From: Raillietiella orientalis
Lineage: Eukaryota
NCBI GenBank assembly: GCA_036172245.1
Contig: JAYWIR010000035.1
Location: 682,001-746,000, forward strand
Length of the DNA stretch: 64,000 nucleotides
Direction of reading: 5' to 3'
Shown one piece after another: positions 28,531-41,700 of the stretch. A program made the translations under genes and the position numbers. The notes beneath the pieces were generated by a model. That model saw only the letters and a program-made list of their open reading frames with translations. It was not told the origin of the DNA and made no database searches. Each line of letters starts with the position of its first letter. Within the stretch, counting starts at the first letter, position 1.

Positions 28531-31500
28531 AGAATTCTCCTAGACATTCAGTTTCGAAACACTGGAGCTTCCGTTGCAATATGTACTCAGTCTGTGTGAG
28601 ATTGTGGAGCTTGAGCCTTTTGAATGATGGATGAGGTGTTTTTGATTGAAGGCCAGACTGTTGTCGAGACCTTTGCAACCGCATACTTGCATTTGCTCCT
28701 TCTATCAAATGCTTCACAGACCTCCATTGCTAAACCATGTGTGCCTCATTCTCAGAGTAGTGGTCAATCCAGATAGAAGCATTCTAGAGATATTTACTCG
28801 CGATAAATGAATATAACAGTATACAATGTATAACGAGTTTGGGTGCTTGCAGCAAGTAAGTTTTCACTGGGATACGCTATCATTCAAAAGAAAGAATGCT
28901 GCGTGTTATTTGTATTCGTCCACCTCGGTTACTGCGTTGTTGCGTGCTTCTTGATGATTCAGATTCCTTTCGTTTGCACTCTTTTCGCGTGGTCATCAGC
29001 ATTTGCAAGTGATCGAAAAAGTGTGAAGCTGTTCGATGATTCGGTTTTTCGCTACCATGTCAGCTGCTTTCCTATTTCTTGCCTTTCCTGTTGAGAATTT
29101 CCAACAGCCATCCGCAAAAGAATTCTCTTTAGAACGTTGAGGGTACATCTTTTTCTCACTTTTATCGCTGCACTTGACGTTGAAGAATCCTGATTTCAGG
29201 ATTATTATTTGGTTCCGGATTTCGTGTAGTGATTACATATTTGTATCCATACATACATACTTGTGCATACGTTTATTTTATAAGAGAATTCCGATGGGAA
29301 CTTAAACTCATCAGTATTCTAGCAATGTTTACTCTTGAGAGATGAGCAATGTTTGCACTCAATATTATCGCTCTCATCAGATAACAAGCCCGATTCTTCG
29401 AAGGCATGAGCCTGGCCATTTGCTAACACGTCTGCAAAGTTGATTATAATGGTTATCACTTGTACTTCAGCTGTAAGTAAACGGAGATTCGCGAACACCT
29501 CTTTGCTCATGGAGCCTAATCTCATGTACAAACGCAGAGCTTCGGATACGAAAGTAAAGGGTGTTGCCTATTGCAGATCGCTGCTTCTGGTTAGCATGGT
29601 TTTTTTCGAGCTGCCCAAAGACGCGACTCCTTGGAGTGTTCTGGAACAAATTTCCACACCTTCCCGAGTTCCTCTTGTGAACGCCTGTCTGAAATTGGGA
29701 TCTTTTTAAGAAAGGAAAATTCGAATTCCGCTCTGAATTTGATGCTTGAAGTGACTATTCCGTTTGTGTTTGAAACAATAAAATCATATAAGTGAGTATC
29801 TTTGATACTTGTAGTTTGCTTTGTATTATTTTTCATAAAAATAACCTCACACTGTAGTCTTCCTTGACGCGAAAAAGGAAATTTTCTATAACATTCACAT
29901 TTTAGAGAATTGAAGCATACTAGATTCAACGTGTATTCGAGCCCACAGGTGGAAAAATGAATACGTGAACAAAGGTCACCCGATGTCTGTGTAGAGCCAA
30001 AGCGAATGTTTGCTTAAAAAGAATTAGCATCAGTTCTCCATCAAGCACTGACGACGAAAAACAAGTAAAGAAGCTTAGCAAGAAATTGAATCCGAACTAA
30101 CATGAATTTATGGATTATATACTCAGCCATGTATGCGCTGCCGTAATGGATTCGCGGTAAAGTGCACCACGAAACTTCTCCAAGCACCTCAAGCTTGTAG
30201 CGGTGTCTTTACTTGAAATTTTCGAAAGAGCTCATCAGGAATTTGTCCAGAGCCCTGTATTTTTATGAGAGAGAGGAGCCGCTCATCTCAGCTTGTGAAA
30301 TAACGCTGACCTGTTGACCCTTTGAGGGACCTCGCCGTCCGATGAGAGGTGGAAATCATTCACAGATGGAATGGTGCACGTTAGAAGCATGGTGTACTGG
30401 TGCACTGGGACATACCTTGTATTCCAACTTGTTTCATTTCTCGAGCGTAGAATCTTTCCAGATAACTTAGACCAGCAGTATTCATATAGGGAAGGTACAG
30501 ATTACATCAGGCTTCCTCGTCGCCCCTGCCATGCTAATGGGACAAATTCTCATAACTCAGAAAGGCATACCACCTCGATTTTTCTTGCTCAGTTGCGATA
30601 GGTGCGAACATGCTAGCTCTCATTGCGTCTTGGCATTAGGTCGAAATCAGGAAACTGTGCATAATTTGATGCAAACTTCGTAGTGGACCCTTATAGTGCT
30701 CACGCCAAGCACTGGTAGATGTAGATCCTTGTATCTTTTCAATGTAGATAGCGTTCCTTATCCATCGAAGGTCATCATTATGATTGTCAGTGCATTGAAT
30801 CCAGCTTACGATTCTCAGCCGATTCCATCAGTGACTGAAGCACGACTTCAATGGTACGGTATTCAACAGGAACTCCACTGCGACTGCTTTCTGGAGCAGT
30901 TTCTCAGCAGCACAGTGCTTTCACAAACCTAACTTCAATTGTCCTTGATTAGATCTCCTTCGTTGAACACCATAATAAATAATATTCTATGTTATTTCAA
31001 GCCGTACCAAAATGCATCCGTCTTCTCATACACACTAAGGTGATTCATGATTGTGTTCTCCACGTGCAAAACAACCCCATCTCCGAAAAGGAAATTACAA
31101 TGAAACTCCCACCACCATGAAACTTTTGGTGGCTTCTAAAACAAATGATTGGATTTTATTTCAGATAAGCAGTCTTCTTAACACATTGCCCTGTCGTTCG
31201 ATTCGATTTGTTGACCTCTTCATTGATTGCAAATCTTTCGATTTGTCTCCTCTGAATTCAGAACTTTGGATAGCAAAGGCGCTATCAAAATCATCAGCTG
31301 CGGTCTCTGAATAGAGCTGCATTCAATATCCCCAAATTTCGTCTACCAGTGACATTAACAATATCTATGTATCTTAGATTAGGATGCTATATTCCGAATC
31401 AAAAAATACGTAGCAAATTTTCGAGGTCTGCTAGAAAAACCGAATGATGATTTTCAGTGACTTGTTGGCAGTAGCCAACATCTGTAGATACATGTTCAGT

Positions 31501-34500
31501 GATTGTGACCAGGCTTTTAGATAGATAGAACTCTTTTACATGAACAGAGGCAAGTCCCAGGAGCATCTAGAGCTATAAAGTTCGTGGAAAACACCTTGCA
31601 CCAGTCCATCCTATGATTACTTCTGCAAAGATGGAAAACTCCATTTTTCCACCTTCTTTACACTTAGTGTACAATGCCCTGTTTGGCCTGCTATTCCTTT
31701 TCTATAAAGAAAGAGGCTGCGAATCAATCAACTTGTTAATTCATATGTGCATTCTATCTGAAAAAACAAAGCTAAGGAAAAATGTCAAAAATGGAAGCAA
31801 TGATGAAATATTGAAACAGAATACAAAACTCATTCTCATAGATGGGCAAATGAAATTCCTATTACAAAGATGTTTTTAAGAGATTCTATAAAAAAAAAAA
31901 ATCATCATCAGTAGTTTTTTTTTTATCATATATCTATTCAAAATTCCATTTTTCCTTGCAATTTATGACTTTTTCCTGCTTACTTCCATAGTCACAAGAA
32001 GATTTCCAGAGGTAAGGATCTCTTGAAACCTTCCACTAGGTGAATAAAACTCTCCAAGTGTTTTTTAATTTAAATAATTAAAACAAGAGGAAAGGAGCAC
32101 AGCTCTAGGGCTGATGTTTAATATTGTATAATAGACTGAATTTTCCGGATTTTGTAGCTATCAAAAATAATGTTCAGGAACTCATCAACCACGGGTCAGG
32201 TAACTAATGGTAAGAAACAGCGATAAGTCCGAAGTCCTGCATGAATGATGAACTTAGCGTTTCGATTTTGCTTGTTCAGTTTGTTCTCCTTATTATGAAT
32301 GTTATATAGTTCATCAACCTAAGGTTTAGGAGAAGTGAGTAAATCCTATAGTCAGATCATCAAAGTGTTCAACAACTCTTGGAAATGTGGATATTGCTAA
32401 GGAAATAAATGTTGTAACAGAGCAATATTCGACGTCATAAAGGACTTCTGTCATGAAATTGATTGATGCATCCGTGATTGCAAAGCTAAGATGAATTGCC
32501 CTGAATTGTATACATAAAAAGATTCAATAGAAAGTTGTATACAATCGATGAATGATATTCTTGCAGTGTATTTCTACTCTGTCGAGATATACAACAATAC
32601 TATGGCTTGTATAGTGATGCTGCTCTAATTACTCAACTATATTGTGCTATTCCTTCGAATCTTTGTCAGGGAAATCTACTGATTGCCACTTAGACATGAG
32701 CTTAAGTGAATGTCAGTGCATCTATCAGTTATTACGAGAATAAAAAAAAAAATGCACTTGCTGAAACGCTGCTCCCCATGCTATAGTTGAACGTGAAGAT
32801 CTGTTTCAAAACGCTTCTCAACAACAAGGCATATAAAACTGATAATAAGCAATAAACTTATCCATTCACTGTTACTAAGTTCAGTCACTTTTTACCAGAT
32901 TTACAATTTGGCTTGCCACTGTATTTTTTATAACTGAGAATTTTGACCTTTAAAATTTATTTCTTGTAAACTTGTTTCTAATAAATTGGTATTCAGTTCA
33001 ACTGATGTGCTTACAACAGTATCCCAATAATTTCAGTAAAAGAAAACGATTGTGAAAGAAAAGAAAAGAAAGCGGACATCATGGCATTTATGCTTTACAT
33101 ATTTCAGATTGATTTTCAAAAGCATAATTGTTTATCTTATTTAGTAAATTCACATACGGCAATGGCATGCTTCTGTTTTTCTGTTCTCATTTTGTTCGAA
33201 CAATTGTTCCGTGTTTTTACATTGCAAGGAGTTTTTGAACTATTTAAATGTTTTCCTCCAAAAAAGTTTCTTGTACCACCTTTAGAATTTTTTTTTTAAT
33301 TTCTTTTCGATTCTATTGGTTTTGCAAGCACTTTACTGTTGAATCCTTTCTTCAAACTCTATTTGCGCTTTGGCAAAATCTTTTGAAATTACGTATGCTG
33401 TTATTTGATGTCCAGGAAATATTCTTTTAAAAATGTAAACATTTAATGATTTAGAAAATAAATTATCAGAAAGCAAGAAGGAGAACACAGAACAAATAGC
33501 CGGTCAAAGACAACAGTCGTTTTGGATTGTATGTAACATGTTCCATGAAGAAAAATTGTCTTTTTTTTCCCTGAAAGTTAGACGAAAGTACCATACATTC
33601 GCTTTCTAAACGAAGTTTTGACTTTTTTCATTGTGGACTTCCAGAATTTACAAGTATCGATGTTGTGCTTGGATATTATAATTATTTATGATCAATAATA
33701 TTTCTGAATTTTTTTCATTATATTTACATTATTTAATCCAATTTAGATGTACACTCTAGAGCAAAAAAATATCTGCCAAGTCGAAAGAACGAACGTTTAG
33801 GTTCCTTAATTTTAATGACAATACGCAGTAAAGAATTAACTTTTCAATAAAAAATGGGATCATCAACTAAATTTAGTTTTTCAATATGTCCATATCAAGT
33901 AATATGACATTTATATTACCAATTAATATTTCTATGATGCTTGTAATTCTTACTTATATTATCCGTATGCATTGCAAGTTATCGTTCTATGTAGAGAGTT
34001 TTCGTCTAAGGATTAAAGTTATGTAGATTAAAAAGCAAAATCAAGAAATAATTGTTAGATGTATGAAACTCAGAGGATTTGTTTTGTATCACATTCGTGA
34101 AAGTTTCCGTAATATAATTATTATTTGCAGTATTTTTTAAAAAAATTATTACTTCTGTGTTCAAATCGCAGACTGCCCGTAGACTTTTCATCCCCGAAAC
34201 ATGACTCTAAATTAGGAATTTTGAATTTCAAAGTTGATTGTTTGCTATTCTTGATTTCAATATTCCTTTTATTACTCAGATGTTGTGAAATTCTTGAATG
34301 CACGTCTAACTAATCAATCATCGCTTACTCAATAGATGACACCTAGCTTGGTATTCTTGATCATAAAAATGTCAAAATGCAACAATGTAATACTTTCCTG
34401 GTGCACATTATTGAGCCTCAATGAAAATAAAGATCAGTTCTAGGATTTTCAATGTTTTGTGTTGAGATAAGCTTTAAAGGCTTATAATTCATGATGACTC

Positions 34501-34501
34501 A

Positions 34502-36310
34502 ATGCAACATATGATGAAATACACTGATCAGAACTGTGCACCAGTGTCAATCCATGAGCTTCCTGAAGAACTGTTAGCATACATACTAAGTCTGTTAACA
34601 CCATACAATAATTATAAGAGTTGTAAACTGGTCTGCAAAAGATGGTATCATCTGATTAAAGGTAAGCAACCGTATTTAGTATATTGAGATCAGAATTCAT
34701 TGGATTTTTGAATGAGTAGGAACGTTTTTCCCCATATCTAATAAAAATGAAATATTGAAGTCTAATGAAAGTATATTTTTGTAGATTTGGAAAAGCACCT
34801 TAAACAGGAATTCTTCTTAGCACTAAAGAATGGTCGCTTGCATTGGAAATTACACTCTGTCCCAGTATCCTACAGCACAACCATAACTAAGCGTTACTGT
34901 CATTGTGCGATAGTTGTTGGTAATTTATTTAAGGTGCATGAATGTAGCCTGTTCTCTTTTTTTAGACAATAATATGTACGTATTTGGTGGATTTACTTCT
35001 TCCAATACAACTTTTAATGACCTCTGGAGACTTGACTTGACCACTAGAGAATGGAAAAGACCTCTGACTACAGGAACATATCCTCCTCCAAAAGCATCAG
35101 CTTCTCTTGTTGCCTATAAGAATAAGTTATTTTTGTTTGGTGGTGTTAGTTATCGATACATGACAGGATCTGTGGATCAGGTAAGGCATTGAAAGTGAAG
35201 TAATTGTTAGTAGATAGACTTGTTCAGCTAGTGAGTGTCTTATATCGCAGTGTTCATGTGTATGACATCAAGTCCAATACATGGGACGAACTTGAAATTC
35301 ATTATCCTGAAAGAGCCCCACATTTAGCTGGTCACTCAGCTTCTATCCTTCAAGGACAAATGATAGTGTTTGGCGGATTTCAGCTTTTACATCAGGGTGT
35401 TCATATATTACAGAGTTCTAACAGTGTGTGGGCATTGGATTTAAATACACTGATTTGGAAAGAATGTTTGACTTCTGAACCACGTCCCCATCCTCGTTAT
35501 GCACATACACAAGTAAAATTAAGTGATGATTGTATTGTGATAATTGGTGGCCATGGAGGCCCCAATGCTATTTTCAATGATGTATGGTTGTTAGAACTCA
35601 ACAGTACACTCTGGCGGTGGACAGAGTTACAAGTCAGTAATGTGCATTGGGCACCTCAACATATTTGGCGTCATCCTGGTTGTAAGATTGACAATCTAGT
35701 AGTATTTTTGGGAAAGTATCCTACTTGTAAAGGCCCACACACTGCTGGGTTTATCCCATGGACATTATTTCGTCGTCCCCTTCCTGTCATTTGGACACCA
35801 CCTGTAGATAAGAGAGAGAGGTAACTGTGTTTTCTACTTTCTGCTATTGTTACATGTATTAGAAATGGCTTGACAAATAGATGGGAACAAGGACACTTCA
35901 AAAGTTCTGGAAATGCAGGTCCTAGAAATATGGCTCCATGGCCTTCTATTCGTCCCAATGCCAGTAAAAATCGTGCATTGCAGCTGGAAGGTCTCCAAAG
36001 GGCAGAGCAAAGATTGCAGTGTTTGCAAAAACAAAATCTTATGTCACATTTAGCCACAACTAGCCATGCTACCATGGATGTGTATGTTCTAGATATCAGT
36101 GGAGCACGTTCTCAGGGTGTTGCCAAATGGGAACGTTGCAAACAGTTGTCATCAGGCTCAGTTCCAGAAGAAACCAGTTTCTATTCTTTGGTAGAAGGAC
36201 AGGCTGAATTGGTGATGTTTGGAGGGCTCCAGCGTAGCCTTCCTGAAGGCAGAATGGATGCTCTCTCCAATGCAGTGCATTTTCTTCGTGCACCCCATTT
36301 TACTCCCTGA
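34502..36310 (+). CDS. FBXO42: F-box/Kelch protein FBXO42-like (5 exons)
   Basis: F-box ([16 protein letters not shown]...LVCKRW) followed by Kelch repeats ([22 protein letters not shown]). Introns 34662-34784, 34920-34964, 35181-35228, 35821-35862. Confidence 0.88.
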
Positions 36311-36314
36311 TAGC

Positions 36315-36320
36315 AATAAA
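36315..36320 (+). promoter_or_regulatory. Candidate poly(A) signal of FBXO42
   Basis: AATAAA begins 5 nt after the TGA. Confidence 0.6.
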
Positions 36321-36450
36321 ATAACAGCACATTGGAAGCAACAGTATCTGTAGGGTGCATACAATGTTATGCTAGGGAGTGACGCCCCTGCAGACCCGAG
36401 TTACACATTCTGCTGTCCAATTAGAATTCTAATTCGTCGTTTTTAGGAAC

Positions 36451-37572
36451 ATGTTGGATGCAGGAGACTGGTGTCTCATCGAGAGTGATCCAGGAGTCTT
36501 TACTGAGTTGGTGCGTGAATTTGGTAGGTAAAGAAGAGTAGGTCATGAATGAGTATCTTCTACAGGGGTCCATGGAATTCAGGTGGAGGAACTATATACT
36601 TTAGAGCAGTACGAACATCTTAAGTAAGCTATCTTAAGTAGCTTGATAAGAGGTTTTAATGTTTTGCAGACCCATTTATGGGTTGATTTTTCTTTTTCGT
36701 TGGAAGTCTGAAGAGGAACCTGCTGGCAATGTAGTGCAAGATGGGCGCTTGAATGAAATTTTTTTTGCCCACCAGGTTAGTCCTATCTTTGGGGACTCCA
36801 TTCCCATCTCTTTCCAGGTTATCAACAATGCTTGCGCAACTCAGGCAATTTTAAGTGTTCTGCTTAATTGCTCCCTCTCTGAAGTGGACTTAGGACCTAT
36901 TTTGACAGAATTCCGTGATTTTTGCAAGAATTTTGATCCTTCCATGCGTGGACTGGCCATCAGCAATTCTGAACACATCCGACGTGTCCACAACTCCTTT
37001 GCAAGGTAGTTTTCTTTATAAAGCTTGTATTTTTTACTATGAAATTTTAATACAGACAAACCCTTATTGAATTTGATGCCAAAGGTGGCAGTAGTGAGCA
37101 AGAAACATACCATTTTGTAGCTTATGTTCCCAAAGATGGACATCTCTATGAATTAGATGGACTGCGAGAGGGTCCTTTAGATTTGGGTGCTGTACCTGCA
37201 GATAGGGACTGGATGCAAGTGGTCCGCCCTGTTATTGAGCGCCGTATTTCTAGCTACAGTGAAGGGGAAATCCACTTCAACCTAATGGCTGTTGTTGCTG
37301 ATCGCAAAGTTATTTATGAGAAACAAATAGCAGAGTTGCTTTCTCAGCCTAAAAATGCTGAACAAGAGGAGAAACTGTCTCAACTACAATTACTTCTGGA
37401 AGCCGAGGATGCAAAGATGCACCGTTACCGTGTTGAGAACATCCAACGGAAACACAATTATTTACCGCTCATTGTGGAAATGCTGCGTATGTTAGCTCAG
37501 CAAGGGCAACTGTGGCCCATTTATCAGCAAGCCAAACTACATGCACAACAAAAAACTGACGCCAAAAAATGA
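36451..37572 (+). CDS. UCHL5: Ubiquitin C-terminal hydrolase UCH37/UCHL5 (5 exons)
   Basis: AGDWCLIESDPGVFTEL, QVINNACATQAILS (catalytic Cys), YHFVAY, ELDGLREGP and the ULD tail ENIQRKHNYLPLI. Introns 36524-36565, 36624-36669, 36776-36817, 37006-37055. Confidence 0.95.
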
Positions 37573-37583
37573 AGAGCTTTCAT

Positions 37584-38779
37584 TTATTTGGGCTTTATTT
37601 TTTCATATTTAAAGCGAACAAATTGTCTCCTTTGCATCATCTGCAGTTGTTGCTGAAAGTGCAGTACTGCAAACTGATAGAATTCCCATTCTAGCTGGTA
37701 AATTCCACTGGCCTCAAGATAGGAGCGTGTGGAATCTTGTACTTTGATTTTTTTTGTAGTTTTCCTCAGATGTTCTTTATGTCCTAAGTTCATAGTAATC
37801 TTCCCTTCTCTGGCTACAAGTTTACTCCTACCTGTGAGATACATTTCCATTGCTCCATCAAAGAACTGAGGGAGCGAAACTTCCAACATCCACAGGAAAT
37901 CCATCAAATGTTCTGTAATTCCCACCAATAGATAGTCATCTAGCAAGCGAGCTTTGGCCCTGTGCAGAGCCCAAGGGCTGCCAGCTTCCCAACAAGCAGT
38001 CCTGTGCCCACAAAAAAAAGGCACCTGTAACCACATTTTCTCCAACTGACATTCTGAGCGATTCTTTTGGATACACTCATCCAAAGTCTGTAACACTGCA
38101 AGCTATGTAGCATATTCATTATTACAGTTCTCACCATATTTTCTCCCTGGAAGCGTCGTTTCAAATGAGGGCGAAAGTCATCACCATAATGTAGGAAATA
38201 GAAATGGGAAATAAAACGTTCTAATGGATGTCTAACTAGATTAATATAAAGAGGCTGCTGACCTGATCCTAATCTAAATTAATATGACTTTAAACATTCA
38301 GATGGAGGATGTTACCTGTCAAACTCAATATATGCAAAATGACCATGGTAAACAGCTGGCTTCTTCCGTTTCCAGTTTGTTATGTTTTGAGCTAGGCGAA
38401 ACTATTGGCACTCATCAAGTGAATATTGCATTCGTGCTTACTTGTGCTGCCAATGGTAAAACTGGCAGATTTCTGGTGATGTTGACATGCAATACATTAA
38501 AATGTCTTCTGTAACAAAGCTCATACAGAATACCCATCAAGGTAGTTGATGCAGTTTTAGGTATCCGATTATATATTAGGACAGAACTATTTGTTGACAT
38601 CTCTTATATAAAACAAAATGCTAAATTTTGCATTATTAAGAAATGCTACCTTGGTCTTCACTTGGAACACCAACTGATTTTTCAAAACCTCGTTCCAGTT
38701 GACATACCTTCCACTGGACATACATGATATAACAAAGCAATAGAAGAAAAAAGATTTTATGCTTGTAGTCAGTACTCAT
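37584..38779 (-). CDS. HS2ST1: Heparan sulfate 2-O-sulfotransferase (6 coding exons)
   Basis: Type II signal anchor ([20 protein letters not shown]), 5'-PSB motif [27 protein letters not shown] and terminal YEKIKPK. Introns are 42-50 nt GT-AG. Confidence 0.9.
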
Positions 38780-41700
38780 TCTTGACGAAGTCCCAAAGGA
38801 TATTTCCACAATTTTATCAAAAACTATTTGCCTGCATATGATGGAAACATTTCATTACATGAAGACTTCAACATTTATCCAAAACGATGGTAGGAGCACA
38901 AAGCATACGAGTAACACGCTGGCATCCCAGCTATGCAACATTGATTCTAAAAATGCAAATATGCTAGGAAAATGTTCAAGCTTGATCTAGAATTAGAAAC
39001 ATACGGGAACGTAAACACTGGCTAAGGTGACAACGAAGAATGGGGCAGAATTTTTCTTGAGAATTAATTTCATAGTCCCCAAGTCAGGTAAGTATACGAG
39101 GCATGTTTGGGCATCGAATCATAACGCCCGGAGCATTTTGGCCAACGTGCATCAACTTCGTAGAAGCAACGGATAATTGGTTAATGAACACTACTAGGGC
39201 ATTTCCACATCAACACCACACGTCCTACGTTCTTTACTCATGGACAAAACACTTCTACGCTACAATAGGGACCAGACTTCCTCTATGTTTTAACAAGACA
39301 AGGCACTGGATTGGTCCACTTGCACGACCGCCATTTGATATCGAAACTGATCCATCTACATCGATTACTTGGGAACGTGTGTTCGGAAACTTTAAAAAAT
39401 TCAAAAGCAGTATATCCATACAGCTTTATTTTCTCATTACAGGAAATGAAGGAAAAAAAGTTATATTTCTTAAGCTCATAAACATAGTTTCTGATAACTA
39501 TGGATTCACTTGCATTATGCCTTCCAGGTATCGAATACCTTAGGCGTTCTGGGAATCCAAAGCATCAAGATTGCAATTACCGCAAACCGAATGTAATCAC
39601 CGCTCACCACTTCCAAGGTAACGCGAATTTCTCAGTAGAAACACAATTTTGAGCAGCCCAAATTCAAAACTGACATATCTAAAATTCCATGCATGCATTT
39701 TTTTAAATTTGACAGCTAGCCACATTTGCCATACTTGGTACACGTCATTCAGTTACTCTTGCAACAAAATTGGACTCATGAATTAGTCATCCCGAGGTAA
39801 TTTTGAAACCTCAATTTTCCATTGGCTAACAGGCAGAACTTCAATGAAATTCATTTCTAAGGTGCGCCGTAAACCCAAGGCTGTATCCAGCGTGGCTGAT
39901 GACAACACTTACCTGACTTCCAGATCTTCCCGACAGAAATCCCTCCGGAGTAACTCAATCACCACATTGCGATTGGGCTGACCTCCACGGTAACTCGAAA
40001 CGCGTATTACTCGGAAGTATAATCTTTAGGTTGCTATTCTATGTGGGTACGAAAAGTCCACCTTTTCTCCCCCTTTTTACAGTTTAAAAACATTCAGTGA
40101 AGCAATAACGAATCCATTGAAGTTCGTTGTACATAGTTTGTGGCATCGATCATGCTTCCCCGTATTGTACACGCCAGTAAAGAAGCCGATGAAAAAAATG
40201 GACGCAAGATTTTCATCTTCATAAATGGATTGTTTATTATCGTGGCTGATTGGAAATGCATCTTCACGGGATTTCTCTATTTGCTTCTCTTGCGTGGAAG
40301 CTTGTTTGTGGCAGCACGGGACTCGAATCAAAAATGCCGAGTTGGTTGCGAGGATTTTCTCCCGTGAACCTACGCCTACTTTTACATCGTACCATGGTCG
40401 CCCTCGCGAAAAACGGCTCACATCGATGTGTGTATCTCCGAACAGAGCTTGAATTTCAAAGACCTGTCTTTTACAAAGAAGCACTTTTCGATGGAAACAT
40501 AAGGTCTTATAGGATCCCGTGAGTAAAAGTGGGCGGACTTTCGTCCTGAATGAAATGCCAGTTTGTGAAGGAACAAATTCAACCTGACAATCCAAAGGAG
40601 CCATCTCCGCTTGTACCAAGAAAATGGAAGAGAAAGGAACTGCCATTCCATCCGATTTTCACGAACACTCCAAACCTGTTTTGCAATGATTCTCTCCAAG
40701 TTTTTCAGGTTCCTCACCATATCCCATACCGTATTCATTGATTGTACTGTGCAGAAATGTACAAAGTCCTTGTTGGGAAATTCACTTTCCCACAACCCAA
40801 CGCTCGTTTGGAAGGCAGCAACATAGCAGTAGAGCGAGTGGATTCTGATATTCTGCTGAGGCAACCTACCAAATGGGGAATATCTACAAGAAACGCTAGC
40901 CAAAGGTTCTGATACCTGATTACCTACCAATCACCTCCGCAAACTGCTTCATCTCTTCGTTGACTTCCCGCAAACGCTTTAACGATTTCCTTTTTACTAA
41001 GCCATTTAGCAAGAGGACCACGCAGAAGGTGCTCGTATTCTGTCTCTGATTCAGATTGCTTAAATTGATGACAGTCGAGACCGCAATGGCTCGTGAAATG
41101 TATACATTCATGTACCACAGACATTACTGAATCAGGAGTTCAGTACGAGCATCTTGACGCACAGTGCACGATCAGAACACCACACTTCCGACAAAATTTA
41201 GACCGCCAAACTTACATTCCTCCCTTAGCAGACGCTGCGTTTTTCTCGATCATCGGCCGAGCTTTCTATCTATCGAGCCAATCCCACGAGTTTTTTCGTA
41301 TGACGAGCTACATGTCAATCGTACCACGAACGAGTCTTTTCCTGTGGCAGCACCTCGAATCGAGGTTGATCCACGGAAAACGTCCATTCCTTCGTTCACT
41401 CCTCAAATGCAGGTCGAGAGCGAAATTCTTGGACTGGACTTGCGAAATCCTCATCAAGCGATACGAAAGAAGGAAGAAAACGAAACTTTTCGCACTTCTC
41501 AAACGCACAGTCGGTCCGATGTGTTTCCATCTCGTCAGGTCTTCCGGTTGCAGTCCTGCGAAAACCATCTTTTCCGGACAGGCTAACCTGGTGCGGGATC
41601 TCCACACCGGTCGCAAGGGGTACTCTTCAGCAGTCACTCCTTCCGTGCCAGAGAATACGCGTGGCTTGCATCCGCGGTACTTGGGTTTCAACCCGAGATC

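Noticed and set aside
30215..30250. Hammerhead-like CTGATGAG...CGAAA on the minus strand
   Set aside because: No stem III with a UH cleavage site and no stem I partner.
9131..31879. Numerous 60-160 aa ORFs inside and around the myosin introns
   Set aside because: No recognisable domains. Expected from higher GC content or as antisense shadows of real exons.
32315..32330. AACCTAA as a TTAGG telomerase RNA template
   Set aside because: Too short, locked in a hairpin, and no supporting promoter or pseudoknot evidence.
38950..39095. U1 snRNA gene (ATACTTACCTG on the minus strand)
   Set aside because: No U1-70K loop, U1A loop or Sm site follows. Kept only as an anti-splice-site motif.
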